A DNA stretch of 64,000 bases from Gammaproteobacteria bacterium. Its GTDB lineage: Bacteria; Pseudomonadota; Gammaproteobacteria; Ga0077536. A program made the position numbers and the translations under genes. The notes beneath the pieces were generated by a model that searched no databases, was not told where the DNA came from, and saw nothing but the letters and a program-made list of their open reading frames with translations. Shown piece by piece: positions 51,210-60,468 of this stretch (position 1 is its first letter; each line of letters starts with the position of its first letter). Where the stretch lies: assembly GCA_963662545.2 (NCBI GenBank), contig CAXXLL010000003.1:256001-320000 (forward strand). Reading direction: 5' to 3'.

Positions 51210-52160
51210 TCAAGCCGCACTCGCGGACAAGGCCCCGAGACCACCGAAACGCTCGAAGTATCGTGCGCCCGGCCCGGGCAGGTGGCCTGCAGCGTTCCGC
51301 ATTGACGTCCTTGTATAAGCCACCGCGTCGGCGTGGATCCGACGGTAGATCTCGGCAGCGATCAGCCGGGCACCGTGTCCGGGCCAGCCCGGCGGCAGCA
51401 GATCTTCGGGCAAGTCGGTAGTCTTGAGCAGAATACGCCGGTATTCATGGATCAGCAGCGTGCGCAACATGAAGGCGTCGCGCGCTAGCAGCGTCCGGTC
51501 GCTACATACCCTGTCGAGCAAGGGTGAGAAGTCGTCGATGAATGCAGCGAAACGCACGGCCAGGTCGTCGAGCCGCCAGCATTCGTGGATCCGGCCGGCG
51601 AGTGTCGTTCCGGGCCCGCCGTCAGCCCTCGCCGCCTGCCACACGACCACGTCCCGCTCAAAACCGAGCGCCGCCAGGGTTTCTTCCAGGGCGGCACGAT
51701 TGGCGCGCGGATGCGCGAGCACACCGCCAGCAAGCAGGCCGAAACCCTGCCAGCCCAATTGCTTTCTGAGCTCTTCGCGTTGCGACGCTTCGAGTCCAGC
51801 CGGCATGACCAGGGTCCAGGTGCCGTCCCAGTCACGCGTACCGGCGGCGTAGATACGTTCGGCGGCGTGCTCGTACTGCCGCCACCCGAACTCGCTATAA
51901 CGGTAATAACTCTTGCGACCGGACTGAGTCGATAACAGCCAGCCTTCCTGCCCGAGCCGGAAGACAGCGGTTCGGATCTGACGCGCATTCAGGCCAAACT
52001 CCTCCATCACCTCGACCAGGCTGCCGAGCCAGACACTATCGCCCTGCTGCGATATCGTATCGCCGAACAGGGTGATGGCCAGCGATCCGGCGCGCGGCGG
52101 ATGCGCGCGCAGCAGTTCGCGAATGACCGTCGCCAGCGCCGTTTTTCCCTTCGCGACCAA
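51210..52160 (-). CDS. paaX: Phenylacetate catabolism repressor
   Basis: SLAITLFGD, RTAVFRL, LIHEYRRILL..DLP..LLP..WPG. Confidence 0.93.
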   Translation of the reverse strand: MVAKGKTALATVIRELLRAHPPRAGSLAITLFGDTISQQGDSVWLGSLVEVMEEFGLNARQIRTAVFRLGQEGWLLSTQSGRKSYYRYSEFGWRQYEHAAERIYAAGTRDWDGTWTLVMPAGLEASQREELRKQLGWQGFGLLAGGVLAHPRANRAALEETLAALGFERDVVVWQAARADGGPGTTLAGRIHECWRLDDLAVRFAAFIDDFSPLLDRVCSDRTLLARDAFMLRTLLIHEYRRILLKTTDLPEDLLPPGWPGHGARLIAAEIYRRIHADAVAYTRTSMRNAAGHLPGPGARYFERFGGLGALSASAA

Positions 52161-52161
52161 C

Positions 52162-53256
52162 TCAAACCGCCTGGTCGAAGTCGATGATCACGTCGTCACT
52201 GATGGGATGAGCCTGGCAGGTAAGTATGTAGCCCGCTTCGATCTCGGTGTCTTCGAGGGCATGGCGTACATCCATCTCAACCTCGCCCGCCACGAGCTTG
52301 GCCTTGCATGTCGCGCATGCACCGCCCTTGCAGGCAAACGGCAGATCGACGCCTGCATCGAGCGCCGCATCGAGTACGTTTTCACCATCCGGCGACAATT
52401 CGAGACGGGTCTCGCGGCCGTCGGCCTTGACCGTGACCCCACACAGCCGGCCGCTGAACTTCCGCACCCGTTCATGATGCTTGGCGATCGTCGCAGCCGC
52501 GTCGGCCGCGGACGCCCCGAACAGCTCATAGTGAATCTTCGCTTCATCAATACCGCTGCCGCGCAGGCCGCGCGATACCTCGGAGATCATCGCCTCGGGC
52601 CCGCACAGGAAGAAATCGTCCACCGACTCGAGATCGAGCAGGTGCCGGCATAGCTCGGCGCCTTTATGGTTGTCGATGCGCCCGTTCAGGATATCAATAT
52701 CGCGGTTTTCGCGGCTGAGCACATGGATGAGTTGGAAGCGCGACATATAACGGTTCTTCAGGCGGTCGAGTGTTTCGCGGAACATAATGCTCGCGACGCG
52801 TTGATTGCCGTACAAAAGCGTGACGTGGCTTTGCGGCTCGATCGAGAGGATCGACTTGATGATTGACAGCACGGGTGTGATGCCACTGCCGGCGGCAATG
52901 CAGAGGTAGTTCTTGTCGTTGTCGGATGAGAGTTCGGTGTAGAAGCTGCCCTCGGGCGGCATAACTTCGATCGTGTCTCCCGTTTTTAGCGACGCGTTAG
53001 CAAACATCGAAAAGCGGCCGCCTTCGACGGTCTTGATCGCGACTTCGAGCTCTTGTTCGTCGACGCCGCTGCAGATGGAGTAGGAACGTCTGATTTCTTC
53101 ACCGTCGATGTTCGACCGCAACGTCAAATATTGCCCCTGTTTGAACCCGTATCGATCACGCAGCGCGTCGGGCACCTCGAAGCTCAGACACACGGCCCCT
53201 TCAGTTTCGGGGCGCACGTTGCGCAATGTAAGTTCGTCAAAACTGTTAGTGGTCAT
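52162..53256 (-). CDS. paaE: Phenylacetyl-CoA epoxidase reductase subunit
   Basis: RRSYSIC, AGSGITP, CKGGACATC. Confidence 0.93.
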   Translation of the reverse strand: MTTNSFDELTLRNVRPETEGAVCLSFEVPDALRDRYGFKQGQYLTLRSNIDGEEIRRSYSICSGVDEQELEVAIKTVEGGRFSMFANASLKTGDTIEVMPPEGSFYTELSSDNDKNYLCIAAGSGITPVLSIIKSILSIEPQSHVTLLYGNQRVASIMFRETLDRLKNRYMSRFQLIHVLSRENRDIDILNGRIDNHKGAELCRHLLDLESVDDFFLCGPEAMISEVSRGLRGSGIDEAKIHYELFGASAADAAATIAKHHERVRKFSGRLCGVTVKADGRETRLELSPDGENVLDAALDAGVDLPFACKGGACATCKAKLVAGEVEMDVRHALEDTEIEAGYILTCQAHPISDDVIIDFDQAV

Positions 53257-53288
53257 GATCGGGCGGTCACAAGACGACCGTTTGCCAT

Positions 53289-53311
53289 GCAGGAGCCCGC
53301 TTGCGGTCGAA
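53289..53311 (+). repeat. REP palindrome
   Basis: GCAGGAGCCCGCTTGCGGTCGAA. Confidence 0.7.
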
Positions 53312-53340
53312 CGACATGTCGCGTCATTCGATCCACCGCT

Positions 53341-53838
53341 TCACAGACATTTGAAATAGTCGAACGGTTCGAGGCACGCGCGGCAACGGTACAAGGCTTT
53401 GCAAGCGGTCGATCCGAATTCACTGAGGCGTTCGGTATCGAACGCCCCGCAACGCGGACAGATGACGTGAACGGCTCCGCCGCGTAGCGTTTGTTTGTCG
53501 CCGGCAGCCCCGACCGGCGGCGCAATGCCCATTGCGCGCAGCTTGCCGCGCCCGGCTTCGCTCAGCCAGTCGGTGGTCCAAGCCGGCGCAATTTGAGTTT
53601 CGATCGTGACCGTCCGGCACCCTGCTTCCATGAGCACCCGTTCGATGTCCTGCTCGATGGTACGCATCGCGGGGCAGCCGCTGTACGTGGGCGTAATGAC
53701 TACGGTCACCTCCTCACCCGACACGCGAACATCGCGCAAAACCCCCAGGTCTTCGATCGTGAGGACCGGAATCTCCGGATCGCAGACGTTTGCGAGGAGG
53801 GCGCGAACGCCGTCCTCATCGATATGACGGGCATCCAT
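53341..53838 (-). CDS. paaD: Phenylacetyl-CoA epoxidase subunit D
   Basis: DPEIPVL, TPTYSGCPA, CLEPFDYFKC. Confidence 0.94.
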   Translation of the reverse strand: MDARHIDEDGVRALLANVCDPEIPVLTIEDLGVLRDVRVSGEEVTVVITPTYSGCPAMRTIEQDIERVLMEAGCRTVTIETQIAPAWTTDWLSEAGRGKLRAMGIAPPVGAAGDKQTLRGGAVHVICPRCGAFDTERLSEFGSTACKALYRCRACLEPFDYFKCL

Positions 53839-53864
53839 CCGCTCCTCCCGGCGCCGGGCAGAGG

Positions 53865-54617
53865 TCACCATTCGAGCTCCGGGTACGTCCGCTGCATTAC
53901 CTGCAATTCGGCGAGTAGATGACCCATGTGCTCGGTATGCACGCCTTCGCGCCCACCGGTGGCCTGCCAGCCGTCGTCCGGGATCTGGAGAGTCGCTTCG
54001 CTCAGGGTCGCTTCCACTTCGCGACGCCAATGCTCGTAAACGATGGCGAGTTCGGGGGCGATCTTGGCATCCGCCATCGCCCGATCGACAGCGTCGCTGG
54101 CAAACAGTTCGTGGCTAAAGCCCCATAGTTCGTCGAGCGCGGTTTGGGCACGGGCGTGGCTCTCCGCCGTACCGTCGCCTAGGCGCAGCACCCACTCACC
54201 GCTACGGCGGACATGGTAGGCGCATTCCTTGACGGCTTTAGCTGCGATGCCGGCGAGGGTCGCGTCCGTGGAACCCTTGAGTCGAGCGTAAAGTTCGTGG
54301 TGGTAAACATCGAGCAGGAACTGCCGCACGAGTGTAAACGCAAAATCGCCGACCGGCAGTTCGACCATCAGAAAATTTCTGAACTCGCGTTCATCGCGGA
54401 AGTAAGCGAGATCATCTTCGCTGCGTCCGCGGCCTTCGAGTTCACCCGCATGGCTGAGTAACATGCGCGCCCGCCCGATGTGGTCCAGCGCGGTATTGGC
54501 GATCGCAATATCTTCCTCGAGGAAGGGGCTGTGGCCGCACCATTCCGACAAACGCTGGCCAAGAATAAGTGCGTTGTCGCCAAGGCGCAGAACCGCTTCG
54601 AAATGTGCCTGGCTCAC
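53865..54617 (-). CDS. paaC: Phenylacetyl-CoA epoxidase subunit C
   Basis: LGDNALILGQRLSEWCGH, KECAYH, RLGDGTAES. Confidence 0.94.
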   Translation of the reverse strand: MSQAHFEAVLRLGDNALILGQRLSEWCGHSPFLEEDIAIANTALDHIGRARMLLSHAGELEGRGRSEDDLAYFRDEREFRNFLMVELPVGDFAFTLVRQFLLDVYHHELYARLKGSTDATLAGIAAKAVKECAYHVRRSGEWVLRLGDGTAESHARAQTALDELWGFSHELFASDAVDRAMADAKIAPELAIVYEHWRREVEATLSEATLQIPDDGWQATGGREGVHTEHMGHLLAELQVMQRTYPELEW

Positions 54618-54898
54618 AGTTTCAGCTCGTCCGGAATGTCGTAGAAAGTCGGATGCCGGTAAATTTTGTCCTCGGCCGGATCGAAAAAAGCTTCCTCGTC
54701 GTCGGCCTGGCTCGCATGGATGTCGCTGGAGCGCACAATCCAGAGACTCACGCCTTCCTGCCGGCGCGTGTAGGTGTCGCGCGCCGCCTGCAGTGCCTGC
54801 TCGGGATCGGCGGCGTGCAGGCTTCCCACGTGCTTGTGATCGAGGCCGCGGCGGCTGCGCACGAACACTTCCCAAAGAGGTAGATGCTTGCTCGTCAT
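54614..54898 (-). CDS. paaB: Phenylacetyl-CoA epoxidase subunit B
   Basis: WEVFVRS..GL.HKHVGSLHA, YRHPTFY. Confidence 0.95.
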   Translation of the reverse strand: MTSKHLPLWEVFVRSRRGLDHKHVGSLHAADPEQALQAARDTYTRRQEGVSLWIVRSSDIHASQADDEEAFFDPAEDKIYRHPTFYDIPDELKL

Positions 54899-54916
54899 GT
54901 TGATTCTCTCCGTCGC

Positions 54917-55873
54917 TCAGGCGGCTGCGCCGGCCTCGCGCATCCGCTGTTTTTCCGCGTAGGCCATCATCGCCTCCCGCACCCACTGCCCGTCATCTTG
55001 TGCTTTGCGGCGCGCCGCCATCCGTGCACGGTTGCAGGGGCCGTTGCCGGCCAGCACACGCTGGAATTCTTCCCAATCGATCGCGCCGAAATCGCAATGA
55101 CCGCGCTCGGCGTTCCACTCGAGTTCGGGATCCGGAATCGTAAGACCCAGATGCCGGGCCTGCTCGACCGTCTGATCAACGAATTTTTGCCGCAGTTCGT
55201 CGTTGGCCTGACGCTTGATCTTCCACCGCATCGATTGCTGCGAATGCGCCGATTCCGCGTCGTGTGGCCCGAACATCATGAGCGTCGGCCACCACCAGCG
55301 ATCCAGTGCGTCTTGCGCCATCGCTTGCTGTGCGGGTGAGCCCTGGCACAGCGTCTGCATGATCTCGAAGCCCTGGCGTTGATGAAAACTCTCTTCTTTG
55401 CAGATCCGCACCATGGCGCGTGCGTACGGTCCGTAGGACGTGCGGCACAGCGAAATCTGGTTGACGATCGCCGCGCCGTCGACCAGCCAGCCGATGGCGC
55501 CGACATCGGCCCAGGTCAAAGCGCGGTAGTTGAAGATGCTCGCGTACTTCGCCTTGCCGGACAGCAGGTCATCGATCATTTCTTCACGAGCGATCCCGAG
55601 GGTTTCGGCGGCACTGTAGAGATAAAGCCCATGCCCGGCCTCGTCTTGCACCTTGGCCAACAGAATAGCTTTGCGTCGCAGCGTCGGCGCGCGCGTGATC
55701 CAGTTACCCTCAGGCAATTGCCCGACCACCTCGGAATGCGCGTGCTGCGAGATCTGTCGGATCAGGTTGCGGCGGTATTTTTCCGGCATCCAATCCCGCG
55801 GCTCGATCTTCTCCTCGGCATCGATGGTCTGTTGAAACCGTAATTCTTCGGGATTCGACGGAATTTCGGACAT
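54917..55873 (-). CDS. paaA: Phenylacetyl-CoA epoxidase subunit A
   Basis: [24 protein letters not shown]. Confidence 0.96.
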   Translation of the reverse strand: MSEIPSNPEELRFQQTIDAEEKIEPRDWMPEKYRRNLIRQISQHAHSEVVGQLPEGNWITRAPTLRRKAILLAKVQDEAGHGLYLYSAAETLGIAREEMIDDLLSGKAKYASIFNYRALTWADVGAIGWLVDGAAIVNQISLCRTSYGPYARAMVRICKEESFHQRQGFEIMQTLCQGSPAQQAMAQDALDRWWWPTLMMFGPHDAESAHSQQSMRWKIKRQANDELRQKFVDQTVEQARHLGLTIPDPELEWNAERGHCDFGAIDWEEFQRVLAGNGPCNRARMAARRKAQDDGQWVREAMMAYAEKQRMREAGAAA

Positions 55874-55932
55874 CTCTGTAGCCTCGCTGTGCGGCGCATC
55901 CGCAGCGGCCGCCGCGGACGAATGACTTAAAG

Positions 55933-55971
55933 TATTACAGATTATCCAAATTTATCCATATTTATGTAATA
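55933..55971. promoter_or_regulatory. Putative PaaX operator in AT-rich paaA promoter
   Basis: Inverted repeat TATTACA-N25-TGTAATA upstream of paaA. Confidence 0.55.
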
Positions 55972-56110
55972 TATTAGGTCCGATTTGAAGACGGGGCGCG
56001 GTTGTCATCGACCGATCATCCCAGCTAGATTACCGTCGCGCCGGTGAATTCCACGCTAAACGGCCGGCTGCAACCGTAATTGACAGCCACGGACGAAGCT
56101 TCCGATCCCG

Positions 56111-56713
56111 ATGGAAGAAACGAAATTATTCTTCACCCCCTTGTGGCGGCACAGTATGCGCGCGACTGCCACCGACTGGGTGTCGCGCAGGAATGCGATG
56201 CTCGAAAAAATCTATGCCTTGATGGAAGCCGAAGAAGGCGTACAAAAGACGAATTTCGGCGGGTGGCAAAGCGACGACGATCTGTTCAAGTTCGACGAAT
56301 TCGAGTGGCTGCTGGATAATATCATCGCGCTCGGCAACACGCTCGCACCCGAATTCTGTACCGACAAGCAATTCAACGACGGCCATCTGTGGGCAAACGT
56401 CAACGGCAAGGGCAATTTCAACGCCATGCACACCCATCCCGAAGCGATACTTTCCGGGACCGTCTATTTGAAGTTCGACGGCGAGAAACAGGGGGGCATT
56501 GAGTTTTTCGACGCCCGCGAAGGCAGCCCGACCGCGCATTGGCCGTGTTATACGCAGTTCGAAGAGAAGAACCTATTCACCAGCTACGTTCATTCCGTGG
56601 TGCCCGAAGAAGGCGATATCCTGTTCTTTCCGGGCTGGTTAAAACATTGGGTTTCGCCCAATCTGACCGACGAAGACCGGGTGTCGATTTCATTCAACAT
56701 GAGCATACGGTGA
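56111..56713 (+). CDS. Putative 2OG-Fe(II) oxygenase (TIGR02466-like)
   Basis: GGWQS, WANVN, HTHP..LSG.VY, FPGWLKH.V.PN...RVSISFN. Confidence 0.85.
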   Translation: MEETKLFFTPLWRHSMRATATDWVSRRNAMLEKIYALMEAEEGVQKTNFGGWQSDDDLFKFDEFEWLLDNIIALGNTLAPEFCTDKQFNDGHLWANVNGKGNFNAMHTHPEAILSGTVYLKFDGEKQGGIEFFDAREGSPTAHWPCYTQFEEKNLFTSYVHSVVPEEGDILFFPGWLKHWVSPNLTDEDRVSISFNMSIR

Positions 56714-56803
56714 GGGCGATGAACCGTGGTCCGAACCTATTCGGCTAAACACGGCCGCCAGCACGTGTGGCGGATTTCATCTTAGCGCCCTTCGATAACA
56801 ACC

Positions 56804-57181
56804 GTGTTCTACCGAGTAGCCGCCGATGTCGTGCTGTTGGTGCATTTCGGTTTCATCACGTTCGTCGTTTTGGGCGGACTCATCGCCTTTCGCTGGCTGC
56901 CGATAATTTACTTGCATCTTCCCACCGTGGTTTGGGGCGCGCTCATCGAGTTTCAGGGCTGGATCTGTCCGTTGACGCCGCTCGAGCATCACCTGCTCCG
57001 CGCCGCCGGTGAAGAGGGCTACACCGGCAGCTTTCTAGAACGCTATCTGCTGCCGGTCATTTATCCTGCGGCGCTCACCGACACGGTACAGATCGTTCTT
57101 GGTATGCTCCTCGTCGCCGTGAACTTCGCGATCTATATGGTGCTCTGGCATCGAAATTTCAATCGCGGCGCGCCGACGTGA
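56804..57181 (+). CDS. DUF2784-like membrane protein
   Basis: ADVVLLVHFGF, LHLP...WG, CPLTPLE. Confidence 0.85.
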   Translation: MFYRVAADVVLLVHFGFITFVVLGGLIAFRWLPIIYLHLPTVVWGALIEFQGWICPLTPLEHHLLRAAGEEGYTGSFLERYLLPVIYPAALTDTVQIVLGMLLVAVNFAIYMVLWHRNFNRGAPT

Positions 57182-57793
57182 TTGTTTGGAGCCCGCTTGC
57201 GGGCGAACAGGTGTATCGAGATTAAAATCACTACACATCCTCTGACGGCAAAACGCTGGGACGATTTCGTCACTTTGTTCGGCGAACACGGCGCCTGCGG
57301 CGGCTGCTGGTGCATGCTGTGGCGTCTTCGGCGCAAGGATTTCGAAGCGCGCAAGGGCGCCGGCAACAAGCGTGCGATAAAGTCCATCGTCTCCGCGGGT
57401 GAGATACCCGGGATCCTCGCCTACCAGGGACGCGAGCCGATCGGTTGGTGTGCGCTTGCACCGCGTGACCAATACCCTGCGCTGGAAAGGTCCCGCGTGT
57501 TGAAACCGGTAGACGAGCATCCATGCTGGTCCGTGGCCTGTCTTTTTGTGCATCGTGCGCGGCGCAAACAAGGCGTGCAGATCGGACTCCTGCACGCGGC
57601 GGTCCGTTATGCCCGCTCGCAGGGTGCCGGGATCCTGGAAGGCTATCCAGTCGAACCGAAGTCGAACAAGGACATCCCGGCCGCGTTCGCTTGGACCGGA
57701 ATACCCAGCGCTTTCGAGCAGGCGGGATTCGTCGAAATCGCGCGCCGCTCGCCAACGCGTCCGATCATGCGGATAGAACTCGCGGAGAAATAG
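57182..57793 (+). CDS. GNAT acetyltransferase (start uncertain)
   Basis: GGCWCM.WR, GWCALAPR, CLFV, LEGYP. Confidence 0.85.
   Translation: MFGARLRANRCIEIKITTHPLTAKRWDDFVTLFGEHGACGGCWCMLWRLRRKDFEARKGAGNKRAIKSIVSAGEIPGILAYQGREPIGWCALAPRDQYPALERSRVLKPVDEHPCWSVACLFVHRARRKQGVQIGLLHAAVRYARSQGAGILEGYPVEPKSNKDIPAAFAWTGIPSAFEQAGFVEIARRSPTRPIMRIELAEK
57185..57207 (+). repeat. REP palindrome
   Basis: GGAGCCCGCTTGCGGGCGAA. Confidence 0.7.
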
Positions 57794-57795
57794 AC

Positions 57796-58116
57796 ATGAG
57801 CGACGGATCCAAAGGCAGCGTATTGAGCGGCATGTTCTGGATGTTTCTGATCTCAGTGCTGCTCTTCTGGCTACCGGTTTTCGGTGCACTCATTGCCGGC
57901 ATCGTCGGCGGCATGAAAGCCGGCGGAGTGATCAACGGTCTTACGGCTGCGTTGATACCGGGCATGGTGCTCGGCATCGCCCTTTACGTCGTAGCGGCGG
58001 CCCTGACCGGGCTGCCGCTGTTGGGCGCGATCGCGGGCGCAAGCGGGCTCGTGCTATCGCTTCTACACATCGGCCCATTGCTCGTCGGTGCGCTCGTTGG
58101 CGGGTCCCTGGCCTGA
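57796..58116 (+). CDS. Small membrane protein
   Basis: Hydrophobic Gly-rich ORF, LLFWLPVFGALIAGIVGG. Confidence 0.75.
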   Translation: MSDGSKGSVLSGMFWMFLISVLLFWLPVFGALIAGIVGGMKAGGVINGLTAALIPGMVLGIALYVVAAALTGLPLLGAIAGASGLVLSLLHIGPLLVGALVGGSLA

Positions 58117-58267
58117 CGCACGTGGATCCCTTTAGTGACGATAGGGGATCACCTAAATCACCCCTGGTTTTCGGTGCGCAAGCCCGCACTGTACCTCAGC
58201 CTGTATTTCATCGATCATAGGTCATCAGTCGAGTGGTCGATCACTTGAGACATACGAGGAATAAAAA

Positions 58268-58507
58268 ATGAGTGACCCCGTCCGAGCATCCGATACACCT
58301 TTCGCAGTCGATCTCGAAGCCGGCAAGAGTTATTTCTGGTGCGCTTGCGGCAACAGCGCGAATCAGCCTTTTTGCGACGGCTCGCACAAAGGTAGCGAAT
58401 TCACGCCGGTAAAGTTCGACGCCGATGAATCGAAGCAGGTCTACCTCTGCGGCTGTAAAACCACGGGCAATCGACCCATGTGCGACGGCAGCCACAAGAA
58501 CGCTTAG
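58268..58507 (+). CDS. CDGSH iron-sulfur protein (two domains)
   Basis: WCACG.S..QPFCDGSH; LCGCK....PMCDGSH. Confidence 0.95.
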   Translation: MSDPVRASDTPFAVDLEAGKSYFWCACGNSANQPFCDGSHKGSEFTPVKFDADESKQVYLCGCKTTGNRPMCDGSHKNA

Positions 58508-58534
58508 ACGGCGCGGCGCGCCCGCGCGGCGTCG

Positions 58535-58990
58535 ATGTTTACGATTCGGAACTACGGAGACGCGGACCGCGGCGATCTGCGGGTTCTCGTACGTGCGCAA
58601 TTGGCCGACTCGGTGAACGACGAAACCGAGATTGATCGCTACTTCGCACACCTCCTGGAACAGGTGCGCGCCGGCGCTAAAATTGTCCTCGCGGAGGATT
58701 CCGGTGTGCTGGTCGGTTTCGTCGCAATGTCGGCGCCGCTCGCCGCGGAGGCTGACGGCTCGCCTACGGAAACCTATGTGATGATCTCCGATCTTTATGT
58801 CACGCCGGATCGGCGTAGAAACGGTATTGCCACGGCGCTTACCCGCCGTGCCGAAGAGATTGCGCGCGAAGCGGGCGTGAGCCGGGTCGCCTTGAAAGCG
58901 CTGTCCCGGAATCCCGATGCGATCGCCTTTTATCGCGGGCAGGCGTACCGCGAACAATTCGTGGTGATGGACAAAGTCCTGACGGCTTGA
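58535..58990 (+). CDS. GNAT acetyltransferase
   Basis: LYVTPDRRRNGIA, N..AIAFY. Confidence 0.85.
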   Translation: MFTIRNYGDADRGDLRVLVRAQLADSVNDETEIDRYFAHLLEQVRAGAKIVLAEDSGVLVGFVAMSAPLAAEADGSPTETYVMISDLYVTPDRRRNGIATALTRRAEEIAREAGVSRVALKALSRNPDAIAFYRGQAYREQFVVMDKVLTA

Positions 58991-59051
58991 ACACCGATGA
59001 GGACGACTTAATAGGTGTTGAGAATGATCGAACGCTTTGTAGAATGAGACG

Positions 59052-59408
59052 ATGATGGCCAGCGCACGACGCCCGCAAAATGTGCATGAACACTATCACG
59101 CGCATGTCTATTTCAATGCCGCGACGGTCGTCCATGCGCGCAGCCTGCACGCGACGGCCGCCGAGATTCTCGACGTAAAAGTCGGCCGCTTTCACGAAAA
59201 GCCCGTGGGACCACATCCGTGCTGGAGTTTTCAATTGGCGTTCGACACCGCGGCATTTGACTCCGTCATCGGCTGGCTCGACAAACGCCGCGAGGGACTT
59301 ACCGTTTTCGTACATGGACGAACCGGCGACGACTACGCCGATCACACCGACTTCGCCTACTGGCTTGGTGAACCGCGCGAGCTGAAGGTGTCCATGTTCG
59401 AACGGTGA
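59052..59408 (+). CDS. DOPA 4,5-dioxygenase family
   Basis: YHAHVYF, VGPHP, VFVH..TGDD..DH. Confidence 0.9.
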   Translation: MMASARRPQNVHEHYHAHVYFNAATVVHARSLHATAAEILDVKVGRFHEKPVGPHPCWSFQLAFDTAAFDSVIGWLDKRREGLTVFVHGRTGDDYADHTDFAYWLGEPRELKVSMFER

Positions 59409-59464
59409 GCGTCGCCCGCTAGTTGGCGAGGTTTGCACCACGCCTGCGGACGGCGCCGCGTTAA

Positions 59465-59626
59465 GAAACCTCTGAATAAATTATAGTGCGGGTGAATGGT
59501 GCATGAAATCGTGCAGATCAAGGCACGAATCGCGGGCCACAGCAGAGACTATTGGCAAGATTCGTAACGTAAGGCTCCGCGATTTCAGGTGCAAGGCAGG
59601 TGTGCCATAACTTATTCAGAGATTTC
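59465..59626 (+). mobile_element. MITE family A (162 bp)
   Basis: TIRs; TTAA duplication that includes the neighbouring stop codon. Confidence 0.85.
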
Positions 59627-60265
59627 TTAAATATCCCACCCCGGTAATCCCTCATCCAACTGAACGCCGAAGGAATTCAGGGCCATCGACACTAGGTTGT
59701 ACTGGCCTACGGTAAACACGAGGTCCATGAGCTGCAGCTGATCGAGGTGGGCGGTCAGCGCGTTCCAGGTCTCATCGGTGATGAAAGCGTCGGCGTGCAG
59801 TTCGTCGGTCGCCTGTAGCAGTAAACGGTCCCTTGCGGAGAGCCCTGGCGTCGAGGGTCCGGTTTTCGGCGGATCTCGTCGTCCGTCATGCCCGCCCGCC
59901 GCGCAACCATGACGTGCTGGCCCCATTCGTACCCGGCCTGGCACAGGTATCCGATCCGCAGGATGACTGCGGATCTCGTCGTCCGTGCCCGCCCGCCGCG
60001 CAACCATGACGTGCTGGCCCCATTCGTACCCGGCCTGGCACAGGTATCCGATCCGCAGGATGACCAGTTCGCGCTCGCGGGATTGCTTGAATAACACGTG
60101 GTTGGCGAACACCAGCCAGCGGCGCATGAGATCGGGATGGTTGGTCAGGGTCTTGAAAATATTGTGATCGGCGCCTGCCTCGACGAACGGCTTCATCGAA
60201 ACCTTGGCGGCGTCGCTCCATTCGTCGGCTTCAAGCGGGCGGATGCGGGGCTTGGACAAACGCAT
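59627..60265 (-). pseudogene. Carboxymuconolactone decarboxylase family protein with internal ~97-bp tandem duplication
   Basis: RERELVILRIG...YEWGQH; duplicated blocks 59869-59967 and 59969-60064. Confidence 0.75.
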
Positions 60266-60360
60266 GTGGGATCCTTTGCTCGTGTACTAAGGTGGGCACC
60301 ATGATGCCATCACTCGATGCTCGGTTGCGACAGTTGCCGAGAACGCGGGTATGACGAAGA

Positions 60361-60425
60361 TTCGCCCGCAAGCGGGCTCCTACGGTGCATGACGGAGACT
60401 TCGCAGGAGCCCGCTTGCGGGCGAA
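60361..60425. repeat. Inverted REP pair (REPIN-like)
   Basis: TTCGCCCGCAAGCGGGCTCCTAC-N19-GCAGGAGCCCGCTTGCGGGCGAA. Confidence 0.8.
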
Positions 60426-60468
60426 AAAAACGCGTCCGGATAAAAACCGGAGCCAGAGATCCCCACCG

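Noticed and set aside
59869-60064. Internal duplication as a novel repeat-domain protein
   Set aside because: The second copy is read out of frame and nearby small deletions exist; better explained as gene decay or an assembly artefact.
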